From: an uncultured Marinoscillum sp.
GTDB lineage: Bacteria; Bacteroidota; Bacteroidia; Cytophagales; MED-G16
Assembly: GCA_964527965.1 (NCBI GenBank)
Contig: CAZGPH010000001.1
Location: 150,657-214,656 of the forward strand
DNA length: 64,000 nucleotides
Direction: 5' to 3'
Each line of letters begins with the position of its first letter. Positions within the stretch are counted from its first letter, which is position 1. Positions 37,596-47,903 of this stretch are shown here, in pieces. The position numbers and the translations under genes are program-made. Under the pieces are notes generated by a model. That model had not been told where the DNA came from, did not search any database, and saw only the letters and a list, made by a program, of their open reading frames with translations.

Positions 37596-38969
37596 TTGCC
37601 TCTTATGATTAAAGAATATATACACAAAAATAAAGAGAGGTTCTTAGATGAGCTTTTCGAGTTATTAAGAATCGAGTCTGTAAGTGCTGACTCAAAATTT
37701 AAAAAGGAAGTAGACAAGGCCGCTGATTGGTTAGTGGGGTCATTTGAAAAGATTAACTTGGATAATGTAGAAAAAATAAAGACAAAAGGACACCCAATTG
37801 TTTATGCTGAAAAAATATTAGATGATTCTTTTCCAACTATTTTAGTATACGGTCATTATGATGTTCAGCCTGCAGACCCCTATGAATTATGGGATAGTCC
37901 ACCTTTTGAACCAACTATAAAAAATGAAAAGATATATGCTAGAGGAGCATGTGACGATAAAGGACAGATGTATATGCACCTTAAGGCTTATGAATCTCTT
38001 CAGAACACCTCAAAAATAAATTTTAATATTAAATTTATGATAGAAGGAGAAGAGGAGTGTGGATCAGATAGTTTAGAAGAGTTTGTATCAAATAATAAAG
38101 AAAAACTATCTGCTGACGTGATTGTAATTTCAGATACTAGCATAATTAATAATGATAACCCTTCAATTACTGTTGGGCTTAGAGGTCTTTCATACATGGA
38201 GGTAGAATTAACTGGTCCCAATAGAGATTTACATTCTGGCACTTACGGAGGTGCTGTAAACAATCCTATCAATCAATTATGTGAGATGATAGCCTCATTA
38301 AAAGATAAAAATGGAATTATTCAAATTCCTGGTTTTTATGATAAAGTTGTAACCTATAAAGAAGAAGAAAGAGATATAATTAATAAAGTTCCATTTGATT
38401 TATCAGAGTTTAAGTCTCATATTGATATTGGAGATACTTTTGGTGAGACTGGATTCTCCACTGTTGAAAGAATTGGAACAAGACCAACTCTTGATGTAAA
38501 TGGAATATGGGGAGGATATACAAATGAAGGAGCAAAAACGGTATTACCATCTAAGGCTTATGCTAAAATATCAATGAGACTTGTTTCTAATCAATCGAGC
38601 TCAGAAATATCAAGTTTATTTACGAATCATTTAAATAATATCTGTCCTAAATCATGTAAAATTAAGGTGACGGAGCATCATGGAGGTGAACCTTGTGTTG
38701 TCAATACAGACACAAAAGGCTATAGGTCAGCATATAAAGCTTTTCAAGATGTATGGAAGAAAGATCCTGTACCTACTTTTGATGGAGGTAGTATACCTAT
38801 TGTAGCTCTCTTTAAAAAAGAGCTTAGTCTAGATTCAATATTAATGGGTTTTGGGTTAGATGAGGATGCAATTCATTCTCCAAATGAGTCATATGGATTA
38901 TTTAATTTTTATAAAGGGATAGAAACTATTACATGTTTCTATCAGAATTTTGCTGAAAATGAAAAATAG
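37596..38969 (+). CDS. M20-family dipeptidase / peptidase
   Basis: LLRIESVSAD, VYGHYDVQP, ARGACDDKGQ, MIEGEEECGS and a C-terminal HSPNE. The likely start is ATG 37605 (MIKEYIHKNK). Confidence 0.85.
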   Translation: MPLMIKEYIHKNKERFLDELFELLRIESVSADSKFKKEVDKAADWLVGSFEKINLDNVEKIKTKGHPIVYAEKILDDSFPTILVYGHYDVQPADPYELWDSPPFEPTIKNEKIYARGACDDKGQMYMHLKAYESLQNTSKINFNIKFMIEGEEECGSDSLEEFVSNNKEKLSADVIVISDTSIINNDNPSITVGLRGLSYMEVELTGPNRDLHSGTYGGAVNNPINQLCEMIASLKDKNGIIQIPGFYDKVVTYKEEERDIINKVPFDLSEFKSHIDIGDTFGETGFSTVERIGTRPTLDVNGIWGGYTNEGAKTVLPSKAYAKISMRLVSNQSSSEISSLFTNHLNNICPKSCKIKVTEHHGGEPCVVNTDTKGYRSAYKAFQDVWKKDPVPTFDGGSIPIVALFKKELSLDSILMGFGLDEDAIHSPNESYGLFNFYKGIETITCFYQNFAENEK

Positions 38970-40914
38970 CTTATCACTTGTAGTAACATTCATTTCTCTT
39001 TTTTTTGTATACACATCTAACTCTCAAATCTTAGAGCCTATTAAGTGGGATATAAAAGTTGATAGTTCCTTTTTTGATACTAAAAAATCACTAAACTTAA
39101 TATTTAAACCAACTACTGAATTAGGATGGTATATTTATTCTAGTGATAATGATCCTAATAGTGGACCAAGAACTGAGTTTGAATTTAATTCTAATAAAAC
39201 CTATAAACTTAAAGGCAGTCTTATTCCACAAAATGTCAAAACTAAATTTGATGAGGTATGGGATTCTGATGTAAGATATTTAGATAACACTGGGTATTTT
39301 CTACAAAAAGTAGAGCCAATAGAGAGCAATGTTTCTATAAGTGGATTTATATCCTATCAAGTTTGCTCTGAAATTGAAAAAATGTGTATCCCCTTAGAAA
39401 AAGATTTTGTCTTTTTTAATGATGTTCAATCTGTTTCTCAAGATTTTAATGATGATTTACTAGTTTTTGAAGAAGAAAAGTCTTTATTATCATTTATGTT
39501 ATTCTCTTTCTTTGCTGGTTTTTTAGCTATACTAACCCCATGTGTTTTCCCTATGATACCCCTAACGGTTTCTTATTTTGCAAATAAGAAAGATAATAGA
39601 AAACCCTTTCTAGACGCTTTTGTTTTTGGTCTATCTATTATAATAATATTTACTTTTTTAGGTGTTTTTTTATCTATGTTAATGGGACCTCAATCAGCAA
39701 ATGAACTTGCAACCTCTTGGATTCCTAATATTATATTTTTTCTTTTATTTTTAGCTTTTGGGCTTTCTTTAATTGGCTTTTATGAACTAACAGTTCCTTC
39801 AAGTTTTATTACTTCAATTGATAAAAAGTCTCAGCAAGGAGGGTTTGTTGGAATTTTTTTCATGGCATTTACCTTGGTTTTAGTATCTTTTTCATGTACG
39901 GGCCCATTAGTTGGAAGTATTTTAGTTCAGTCTGCAAGTGGATTACAAATTAAACCTGTTCTTGGAATGCTTTCATTCTCTCTAGCTTTTTCTTTACCCT
40001 TTACTTTTCTAGCGATATTTCCTCAAAAACTTCAAAGTCTACCAAAATCAGGAAGTTGGATGGTTACTCTTAGAGTTATTTTAGGTTTTGTGGCAATAGC
40101 TTTCTCACTAAAGTTTATCAGTGTTATTGATAAAGCATATCATTTTAACATTTTAAATAGAGATATATTTTTAGTGATATGGTCTTTATTATTTCTTCTT
40201 TTATCTTTTTACTTAATTGGGTTTATTAAACTTCCTGATGGGTTTATTAAAAATAAAAGCTATAAAACTAAAGCCCTATCAGCTTTATTTGGCGTCTTAT
40301 CATTTTATTTTATTAGTGGACTTTTTGGCAATAGGCTATCATATTTTGCAGCTTACTTGCCTCCTATACAATCTACCTATATTGATGTAACCTCACTTTC
40401 AAGAAAATCTTTTTTTGATGATAAAAATAGCTTGACTCTTACAAATGTTAAGTATTCTGATATTTTAAAGCTTCCTCATAATTTGAATGGGTTTTTTGAT
40501 TATGATCAGGCGATTCAATATGCAAAAAAGGAAAACAAGCCAGTTCTTTTAGACTTTACAGGACACGGTTGTGTGAATTGTAGAGACATTGAGTCTAGAG
40601 TATGGCCAGACGAAAGAGTAAGAGATTATCTTAATAATAAATATGTGCTACTATCTCTTTATGTCGATGATAAGACAGAGCTGTCAAGAGAACAGTGGTA
40701 TACCTCAAAATATGATTCTAAAATTAAAAAAACTATAGGTAAACAAAATGCTGATTTTCAAATCACAAGATTTAATAATAATGCACAACCATTTTATGTT
40801 ATATTAGATCCTTTTTCAGAAAAGGTTATTTATAAACCATGGGGATATGAATTAGATATAGAGAATTATTTGTCACATTTAAGTAATGGAATTAAAACTT
40901 TTTATGAATTATAA
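38950..40914 (+). CDS. dsbD: Thiol:disulfide interchange protein, DsbD family
   Basis: N-terminal periplasmic domain, a TM core with LTPCVFPMIPL and SFSCTGPLVG, and a C-terminal thioredoxin domain FTGHGCVNCR. The likely start is ATG 38959 (MKNSLSLVV...). Confidence 0.85.
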   Translation: MLKMKNSLSLVVTFISLFFVYTSNSQILEPIKWDIKVDSSFFDTKKSLNLIFKPTTELGWYIYSSDNDPNSGPRTEFEFNSNKTYKLKGSLIPQNVKTKFDEVWDSDVRYLDNTGYFLQKVEPIESNVSISGFISYQVCSEIEKMCIPLEKDFVFFNDVQSVSQDFNDDLLVFEEEKSLLSFMLFSFFAGFLAILTPCVFPMIPLTVSYFANKKDNRKPFLDAFVFGLSIIIIFTFLGVFLSMLMGPQSANELATSWIPNIIFFLLFLAFGLSLIGFYELTVPSSFITSIDKKSQQGGFVGIFFMAFTLVLVSFSCTGPLVGSILVQSASGLQIKPVLGMLSFSLAFSLPFTFLAIFPQKLQSLPKSGSWMVTLRVILGFVAIAFSLKFISVIDKAYHFNILNRDIFLVIWSLLFLLLSFYLIGFIKLPDGFIKNKSYKTKALSALFGVLSFYFISGLFGNRLSYFAAYLPPIQSTYIDVTSLSRKSFFDDKNSLTLTNVKYSDILKLPHNLNGFFDYDQAIQYAKKENKPVLLDFTGHGCVNCRDIESRVWPDERVRDYLNNKYVLLSLYVDDKTELSREQWYTSKYDSKIKKTIGKQNADFQITRFNNNAQPFYVILDPFSEKVIYKPWGYELDIENYLSHLSNGIKTFYEL

Positions 40915-42130
40915 GTTTTTTTTATTCATCTTCATTTCGACCTTGGTGTCATGTGATAATAAGCGGATAAAATTATCTGAAAATAATTTTGAAGAAGGAC
41001 CAAATAATGAAGAAATTGAATTACCCCCAACAGAATATTATTATGGCATAAACCTAGATTCATTTTCATATATAACTAAAAAGATTAAATGGGGACAGAA
41101 TTTTTCTGACATCTTAACTAAGTATGGCATTTCAAATAAAACTATTTTTGATGCCTCTCAAAAGTCAAAAGGTATATTTAATTTAAGAAAAATCAAAAAG
41201 GGTAATAGTTACTCTTTATTCTTTAAGAAAGGAAAAAACACACCTTCTTATTTTGTTTATGAATCCAGTAAGTATGATTATATTCTATGTAATTTGGATT
41301 CACCCATCTCTTTTAAAAAAATAAGTAAGCCAATAACATATAGGGAAAAGAAAATAACTGGAGAAATAAACTCAAGTCTTTACTTGAGTTTTTCAGACAA
41401 CCAGTATCCTTTAGATTTAGTTAATTTGATGGTTGATGTTTATGCTTGGCAAGTTGATTTTTTTAGAATAATGCCAGGCGATGAATACACAATAATATAC
41501 ATCGAAGAAATCATTGATAATAAAGTGGTTGGAGTTCAACAAATTAAGGCCGCAAAACTTATTCACAATAACTATACATATTTTGCTATTAGCTATGATC
41601 AAGGTTTTGGAAATGATTTTTTTGATAATGAAGGTAAAAGTTTACGCAAAACATTTTTAAGGGCTCCTCTTAACTTTTATAGAATATCATCAAAATTTCA
41701 GAAGAAGAGGTATCACCCAGTTTTAAAAAGATATAGAGATCACTTAGGAACAGATTACGCTGCTCCTAGAGGAACCCCAATTATGAGTGTTGGAGACGGT
41801 AAAGTAACTGAGGCAAGGTGGGGACGAAATAATGGGAACTTTGTAAAAATAAAACACAATAATATATATACTACTCAATATCTTCATATGTCAAAATTTG
41901 CAAGAGGCATTAAAAAAGGGAAAATAGTTAAACAAGGTGACATAATAGGATATGTTGGGTCTACAGGATTAGCAACAGGACCTCACGTTTGTTTTAGATT
42001 TTGGAGAAACGGAAGACAAGTGGATCCATATAAACAAAATGATTTACCCGAAGGGGATCCAATATTAAAAGAACACGAAAATGCATTTCAATATATAAGA
42101 CAAAAATACATGGATAGGTTAGAGGGTTAA
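40886..42130 (+). CDS. M23-family peptidoglycan metalloendopeptidase, lipoprotein
   Basis: HLGTDYAAPRGTPI...YLHMS...GSTGLATGPHVCFRF (HxxxD...HxH-type M23 motifs). The likely start is ATG 40904 (MNYKFFLFIFISTLVSCDN lipobox). Confidence 0.85.
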   Translation: MELKLFMNYKFFLFIFISTLVSCDNKRIKLSENNFEEGPNNEEIELPPTEYYYGINLDSFSYITKKIKWGQNFSDILTKYGISNKTIFDASQKSKGIFNLRKIKKGNSYSLFFKKGKNTPSYFVYESSKYDYILCNLDSPISFKKISKPITYREKKITGEINSSLYLSFSDNQYPLDLVNLMVDVYAWQVDFFRIMPGDEYTIIYIEEIIDNKVVGVQQIKAAKLIHNNYTYFAISYDQGFGNDFFDNEGKSLRKTFLRAPLNFYRISSKFQKKRYHPVLKRYRDHLGTDYAAPRGTPIMSVGDGKVTEARWGRNNGNFVKIKHNNIYTTQYLHMSKFARGIKKGKIVKQGDIIGYVGSTGLATGPHVCFRFWRNGRQVDPYKQNDLPEGDPILKEHENAFQYIRQKYMDRLEG

Positions 42131-43569
42131 TCTTTTATGTAAAACTTTTCTGCTTTTAGACCAACCTCTTTAATAACTTTAAATAAGAACTCAATATCTT
42201 TTTTATTTCTTCTATGATTAACGCAATTAATTCTTAAAACATGTTCATTATTAATTTTTGTTCCTGAAAAAAATACTCTTCCATCATCTTCTATCATTTC
42301 TGTAATCTTTTTATTTATAAGGGAATCAGAAACACCTTTGATTTTACTTTTGTACTTAAAACAAAATATTGAAAGTTCAGGAAAATGAATAGGAAAAAAA
42401 CAAGGGTCATTCTCTGCTATTTTATATGCATGTCTAGCCATTGAAATATCATTTTTTATTCCCTTTTTTATTTCTTTATAACCATATGTTTTGATAGTCA
42501 TCCAAACTTTTAAGGCTTTAAAATCTTTTGAAAGTTGGATACTGTAATTCATTAAGTCATCTCTTTCTTCATTTTCTATACCCCCAAGAAGATATTCAGG
42601 TATAAGGCTAAATGTTTTCTTAAGCGCCTCTTTATCTTTAACAATAACACAAGCCACTTCAAAAGGGACAAACATCCATTTATGTGGATTAACTAATATT
42701 GAGTCAGCGCTATCTATTCCTTCAAATAATTTTTTTAATTTTTTTATACTTGCTGCAGGACCACCATATGCGGCATCAACCATAAACCAAATGTCATATT
42801 CTTTACATATTTTAGCCAAAGCTTTCAAAGGATCTACAGAACCTGTATTTGTAGTTCCGGCAATACCAATAACACCTATGGGCTTATATCCATCTTTTAA
42901 GTCTTTATTAATTTTTTCTTTTAATAACTGAGAATCAATTTTAAAATTTTTAGTTTTTATTTTAATGAGGTTGTTTATTCCTAGACCAAGAATATCCATT
43001 GCTTTATCAATACTAGAATGTGCTTCTCCAGAAACATATACTCTCATTTTTTGATTACCGTATATGCCTTCCTTTGAAAGAAAAGTTTCACCTTTAATTT
43101 TTCTCATCACTGCAATATTCATAAGATTAGCAACAGACCCTCCACTTACTAAAACACCGCCTCTTTTCTTGTGATTATATCCTATGAATTCAGATATCCA
43201 TTCTATTGTAATTTTTTCTATCTCACTATTTGCAGGTGCGCTATGCCATTTTAAATTATTTTGATTTAATGCGCTTTTTATAAATTCAGCTAATATTCCA
43301 ATTTGATTTCCCCCTCCAGTAATATATCCATAATAATTAGGGCTAGGGTTAAAATTAGAGTGTTTTATTAGGTTTTGTTTAAGGTAATCTATGACTTCTG
43401 ATGGGTCTTTTTTTTTATTTTTATTTTTTATTTTGAAAGCTTTTTTTATTTCATTGGGAGTTGTATTGTTATAAATTTTTTCCCCTCTCAAGTTATTAGA
43501 GTACCAATCTTCAATCATTTCATAAGATTGGTTTAATAGTTTACGAAACTTTTTATTTGAAAAATCCAT
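42127..43569 (-). CDS. Group II pyridoxal-phosphate-dependent amino-acid decarboxylase
   Basis: 480 aa. SGGSVANLMNI, DAAYGG and the PLP-lysine context SILVNPHKWMFVPFEVA. Confidence 0.85.
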   Translation of the reverse strand: MDFSNKKFRKLLNQSYEMIEDWYSNNLRGEKIYNNTTPNEIKKAFKIKNKNKKKDPSEVIDYLKQNLIKHSNFNPSPNYYGYITGGGNQIGILAEFIKSALNQNNLKWHSAPANSEIEKITIEWISEFIGYNHKKRGGVLVSGGSVANLMNIAVMRKIKGETFLSKEGIYGNQKMRVYVSGEAHSSIDKAMDILGLGINNLIKIKTKNFKIDSQLLKEKINKDLKDGYKPIGVIGIAGTTNTGSVDPLKALAKICKEYDIWFMVDAAYGGPAASIKKLKKLFEGIDSADSILVNPHKWMFVPFEVACVIVKDKEALKKTFSLIPEYLLGGIENEERDDLMNYSIQLSKDFKALKVWMTIKTYGYKEIKKGIKNDISMARHAYKIAENDPCFFPIHFPELSIFCFKYKSKIKGVSDSLINKKITEMIEDDGRVFFSGTKINNEHVLRINCVNHRRNKKDIEFLFKVIKEVGLKAEKFYIKD

Positions 43570-43571
43570 TT

Positions 43572-43898
43572 TTACTTGTTTTTATATTCTAGTCTTGCAG
43601 GTGCAAAAACATCTATTAACTCGCAGTCAGTCAGAGCATTTCCAGAGTGTTTTTCGTTGGACTTAATAACAACTAATTCATTTTCTTTTAAGATTATTTT
43701 TTTGGACTTTACTGTTAACTCGAATATTCCCTTTTTTACATAAAGACATTGTTCATGATAATGATTATGTACAGGAACTGTTGAGTTTTTTTTAACTTTC
43801 CAAAACGCTAAGCTCATTTCTTTTCCATGAACAAACTTCCCTACAAAGCCTGGAATAATTTCATCTCCAGAAATTTTATCAAGTTTATTTATTTTCAT
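43572..43898 (-). CDS. Cupin-domain protein (metal-binding type)
   Basis: 108 aa with the cupin ligand pattern PVHNHYHEQ...EKHSG. Confidence 0.7.
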   Translation of the reverse strand: MKINKLDKISGDEIIPGFVGKFVHGKEMSLAFWKVKKNSTVPVHNHYHEQCLYVKKGIFELTVKSKKIILKENELVVIKSNEKHSGNALTDCELIDVFAPARLEYKNK

Positions 43899-44775
43899 TT
43901 TTTTTATACCAATATCTTTTTATTCCAGAAACACTCATATATGGCGGGTTAGCAGCAAAGTACTGATCAATTAATTCTTTTCCTACGTTTTCTTTTTTCA
44001 TTTCTTCTAAAACATAATCGTTAAATTTAGCAGTTAATATATCATTGTTTTTATATTTTAAATTATTTTCCTTAATCCAATCAAACCACAGGTTTAAATT
44101 TTTTCTTAATTCATTAAAATGAGCTTTTATATTTTGGTGTTCTCCGAAATGTGTTAAATATAATTTTTCAGGTTTTTCCTCTTCAATAATTTTTATACTT
44201 TTTTCCCATAATTCTAGATTAATATCAGGAGGAGGACAAGCAGGCATAACTGGCCCATTTTTTATTTTAGCTCCAGCAACATCTCCAGTAAAAATAATAT
44301 TATCAAGTTTCCATGCAATGTGATGACTTGCATGTCCAGGGGTATATAGTGCTTTAAAACTATAATTGTCAATTTTAATTTCTTCATTGTCTCTAACACT
44401 ATAAATTTTATTTGAATCTATTTTATCAACTTTACCCCATAGTTTTTCCATTTTATTTCCGTAAATCATAGTTGCAGAAGCAATAAGTTTGTCAGGGTTT
44501 TCTAGATGAGGAGCACCTTTTGGGTGGACATATATAATTGCTCCTTTCTTTGCAAACCTCCATGCTCCTCCTGAGTGGTCTAAGTGAATATGGGTGACAA
44601 AAACATGATTAATTTTATTAATATCTTCTCCTAAAGCAAGCATTCGCTTTTTAATTTTAGAATAAGAGTTTGAAGGTCCGGTCTCTACGAGTATAAGATT
44701 GTTTTCAGATTTAATTAAAAAGCAGGCTACTGCTGATTTAAAATCCTGAAAATTTATATCAATAATTTTAATCAT
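43885..44775 (-). CDS. Metallo-beta-lactamase-fold hydrolase
   Basis: HxHxDH motif VTHIHLDHSGG, followed by TPGHASHH and LTHFG. Confidence 0.8.
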   Translation of the reverse strand: MIKIIDINFQDFKSAVACFLIKSENNLILVETGPSNSYSKIKKRMLALGEDINKINHVFVTHIHLDHSGGAWRFAKKGAIIYVHPKGAPHLENPDKLIASATMIYGNKMEKLWGKVDKIDSNKIYSVRDNEEIKIDNYSFKALYTPGHASHHIAWKLDNIIFTGDVAGAKIKNGPVMPACPPPDINLELWEKSIKIIEEEKPEKLYLTHFGEHQNIKAHFNELRKNLNLWFDWIKENNLKYKNNDILTAKFNDYVLEEMKKENVGKELIDQYFAANPPYMSVSGIKRYWYKKNENK

Positions 44776-44800
44776 ATTTACTAATATTAATTAAGTATTT

Positions 44801-45292
44801 ATGTTATCAAAAAATTCACCTCAAATTTTTCAAGATTTTATGCCTGGAAATGTCTGTTTTGGGTGTGGTAAAAGCACTAAGAATGGGCTTCATATTAAAA
44901 GCTATTGGGCGGATAATTTTTCAGAGTGTGTTTGGACTCCTAAGAATAATCATCAGGGCTGGCCGGGAATTATGAATGGAGGAATAATTGCTACTATTAT
45001 TGATTGCCATGTCATGGGTACCTCAATGGCTTATGCTTATAAACACGAAAAAAGACCTTTAGGTTCATTACCAGAATATAAATACGCAACAGGTTCCATG
45101 AAAATTAAGTATTTAAAACCAACACCAAATAAAACGATATTATTAAGGGCTAAAGTTTTATCATATTCCGAAAAAAAAATTTATATGTCTTGTGATGTTA
45201 TCTCTCAAAAAAAAGTAACTGCTGTTGGTGAGGTTATAGCTTTTAGAGTTTATGACAGTAGTAAAAAAGAAAAAAATATTTTTCAGGTTTAA
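44801..45292 (+). CDS. Hotdog-fold (PaaI-like) thioesterase family protein
   Basis: 163 aa with N-terminal NVCFGCG and then a hotdog-like core, GIMNGGIIATIIDCH...AVGEVIAF. Confidence 0.6.
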   Translation: MLSKNSPQIFQDFMPGNVCFGCGKSTKNGLHIKSYWADNFSECVWTPKNNHQGWPGIMNGGIIATIIDCHVMGTSMAYAYKHEKRPLGSLPEYKYATGSMKIKYLKPTPNKTILLRAKVLSYSEKKIYMSCDVISQKKVTAVGEVIAFRVYDSSKKEKNIFQV

Positions 45293-46038
45293 TTGCCTGA
45301 TGCATATATAATTCCTCCCAGTATTAACTTTATAAACCTCTCATCATGATAAGTTTCGGGTCTATGTCCAAGACCAGTATAAAAAGATCTTCCTCCTTCA
45401 TACTCATGGTGCCAAGTTATTGGGTGATATTTCCCGTTCTTACCACCTTTATATGATTTTTCATCCAAAGTTAGTAATTCTTTAATGTAAGGTTTAAAAT
45501 CTTTGAAATTGTACCATTCATCTTCAATTTCCCAAGTATCATCAAGGTGTTTGGTCGAAATATGTCTTTTATCAATTGTAGTTATAGTAGCTTTTTGTAT
45601 CTCTGGATGATCTAAAAAATAAGCTCCTACTAGTTTTCCATACCACTCCCAATTATATTCTGTATCTGTAGCTGAATGAATTCCCACAAAGCCTTTTCCA
45701 CTTCTTATAAATCTCTTCATTTTTTCTTCTTCTTTTTCATCAAGTATGTCTAATGTTGTACATAGAAATATTATTACATCATTTTTTTCTAGAACTTCAT
45801 CTGATAATAATTCAGAGCTATTTGCATGTAAAACATTAAAGTTGTTTTCTTCGCCAAGCCTTGTAATAAGTTTCACACCTTCTTTGATGGCTTCATGATG
45901 AACAAAGCCTTGAGTTTCTGTAAGAACTATAACCGAAAAATCATTTTTTTTAGATAAAAACTCATCGTTAATTAAGTTTATATTTTGATAAAAACTTATA
46001 GAAAAAAGAAGTGAAGTTATGAATGTTTTAATAATCAT
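45289..46038 (-). CDS. ThuA-domain protein with a signal peptide
   Basis: GFVHHEAI...GKGFVGIHSATDT...HPITWHHEYEGGRSFYTGLGHRPETY, typical of ThuA-like class I glutamine-amidotransferase-fold proteins. Confidence 0.75.
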   Translation of the reverse strand: MIIKTFITSLLFSISFYQNINLINDEFLSKKNDFSVIVLTETQGFVHHEAIKEGVKLITRLGEENNFNVLHANSSELLSDEVLEKNDVIIFLCTTLDILDEKEEEKMKRFIRSGKGFVGIHSATDTEYNWEWYGKLVGAYFLDHPEIQKATITTIDKRHISTKHLDDTWEIEDEWYNFKDFKPYIKELLTLDEKSYKGGKNGKYHPITWHHEYEGGRSFYTGLGHRPETYHDERFIKLILGGIIYASGN

Positions 46039-46945
46039 AATTAATATTAACTTTATAAATATAATGAAATTTATAGTTGTTCTTCTTTTCTTTTTATCAT
46101 CGTGTGCTCACAAAGACTTCGAGCCAGATGAACATATTATATGGAAAAAAAATAGAATGGATGATTTGTTCTCAGAAGATGGATATTTAAATATTGCAGG
46201 ACTTTTTCCTATTCAAAACGGAACCTATACTATGGGGTCTGAAGATTCAAATGACATAAAACTACCAGCAGACATGCCTAGTAAATTAGCTAAAATTACC
46301 GTGAAAGATTCATTGATTTATTTCGAATATGCAAAACGGGTGATATTAAATGATAGTATAAAAACAGAAAGCTATTCATATAATTATTATAATATAAAAA
46401 ACTCTTTTTCGCTAGGCAGCTATATATGGTTTGTTCATATGGATTCAGGATCGAAAGCTATTAGATTAAAAAACTTAAATCATCCTTTACTTAATACAGA
46501 TTTAGAGATAGAGTTTTATGATTATTCAAAAGAACATATTGTTCAGGGTAGATTTGAAAAATATATTGAACCTAAAATTTTGAATTTTAATAACATATTA
46601 GGAGACACTTATGTTGATACCATTCCAGGAATAATATATTTTACTATAAATGATGATCATTTTTCACTTGAGCCTACTATTTCTTCATCTGGTAAATTTT
46701 TTCTTGCATTTGGTGACTTAACTAATGGAAAAGAAACATATGGAGGGGGACGGTACCTATATGTTTTACCTGAAGATGATCAAAATAATGTGATGATAGA
46801 TTTTAATAAATCTTTAAACCCACCCTGTGTTTTTTCAACTTTTACAACATGCCCTGTCCCCAGAAAAGAAAATAAACTTCAAGTTAAAATTGAATCTGGA
46901 GAAAAAAACTATAATGGGATTCTCTTTAGTAGTGTCTATCAATAA
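46019..46945 (+). CDS. DUF1684-domain lipoprotein
   Basis: C-terminal GGGRYLYV...DFNKSLNPPCVFSTFTTCPVPRKENKL is the DUF1684 signature as I remember it. The likely start is ATG 46064 (MKFIVVLLFFLSSCAHKD lipobox). Confidence 0.7.
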   Translation: MNVLIIIININFINIMKFIVVLLFFLSSCAHKDFEPDEHIIWKKNRMDDLFSEDGYLNIAGLFPIQNGTYTMGSEDSNDIKLPADMPSKLAKITVKDSLIYFEYAKRVILNDSIKTESYSYNYYNIKNSFSLGSYIWFVHMDSGSKAIRLKNLNHPLLNTDLEIEFYDYSKEHIVQGRFEKYIEPKILNFNNILGDTYVDTIPGIIYFTINDDHFSLEPTISSSGKFFLAFGDLTNGKETYGGGRYLYVLPEDDQNNVMIDFNKSLNPPCVFSTFTTCPVPRKENKLQVKIESGEKNYNGILFSSVYQ

Positions 46946-46964
46946 TTTTTTATAAATTAATAAA

Positions 46965-47903
46965 ATGTTACGAAGAAGTTTTATCCAAAAATCATTATTC
47001 TCATTACCATTAATTTCAAGCAACTCATTATTTGGTTTGGGTAAAAAAGAATCAGGCTTGAAAATAGGGTTAGCACAATGGTCTTTTCATCGTGAAATCA
47101 GATCTCGTAAATTAGACAACCTAGACTTTGCAAAAATAGCTAAAGAAAAGTTTGACATTGATACTGTTGAGTATGTAAACCAGTTCTTTTTTAATAAGGC
47201 AAAAAATTTAAGTTATTTATCAGAAATGAAAACAAGAGCTAATGATGTAGGTGTTAAAAATCTGTTGATAATGATAGATGATGAAGGAAGCTTAGGAAGT
47301 TCTAATAAGAAAAAAAGAAATAAAGCAATTGATAATCACAAAAAATGGGTAGAGGCTGCAAATTTTCTTGATTGCGAAAACATAAGAGTCAATGCTCAAG
47401 GGGATGGTTCTGAAGTTGAAGTTGCGAAGCTTGCTTCAGAATCGTTATCAAAATTAGCAGAGTTCGCTCGACCTTATAATATTAATATAATAGTTGAAAA
47501 TCATGGTGGATATTCTTCTAACGCAAAGTGGTTAGTTGAAGTAATTAAAAATTCAGGTGAGGAAAATGTTGGAACGCTTCCGGATTTTGGAAATTTTTGT
47601 ATCAAGTCAAAACCTGATGAATTTTCTGATTGGGGTGGTTTAGATGGATGTGCAGTAGAATATGATAAATACAAAGGAGTTAAGGAAATGCTGCCTTATG
47701 CAAAGAGTGTTAGCGCAAAGTCATTGAATTTTGATTCTGATGGAAATTCAATCGAAATAGATTTTTATAAGATGATTAAAATAATAAAATCATTTGGTTA
47801 TGATGGTTGTATATCTATTGAATACGAAGGAACCAGTCATTCTGAATCAGAGGGTATTATGCTTACAAAGAAACTGCTTACAAAAGCATGGGATTTAGCT
47901 TAA
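46965..47903 (+). CDS. Xylose-isomerase-like TIM-barrel protein (sugar phosphate isomerase/epimerase family) with a Tat-like signal
   Basis: N-terminal MLRRSFIQKSLFSLPL (RR motif). AP_endonuc_2-like core (NIIVENHGG...GTLPDFGNF...ISIEYEG). Confidence 0.75.
   Translation: MLRRSFIQKSLFSLPLISSNSLFGLGKKESGLKIGLAQWSFHREIRSRKLDNLDFAKIAKEKFDIDTVEYVNQFFFNKAKNLSYLSEMKTRANDVGVKNLLIMIDDEGSLGSSNKKKRNKAIDNHKKWVEAANFLDCENIRVNAQGDGSEVEVAKLASESLSKLAEFARPYNINIIVENHGGYSSNAKWLVEVIKNSGEENVGTLPDFGNFCIKSKPDEFSDWGGLDGCAVEYDKYKGVKEMLPYAKSVSAKSLNFDSDGNSIEIDFYKMIKIIKSFGYDGCISIEYEGTSHSESEGIMLTKKLLTKAWDLA

Noticed and set aside
46835-47023. A 62-aa minus-strand ORF spanning the DUF1684 / TIM-barrel intergenic gap.
   Set aside because: It overlaps the ends of two well-supported plus-strand genes and has no motif or export signal. 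It is most likely a chance ORF.
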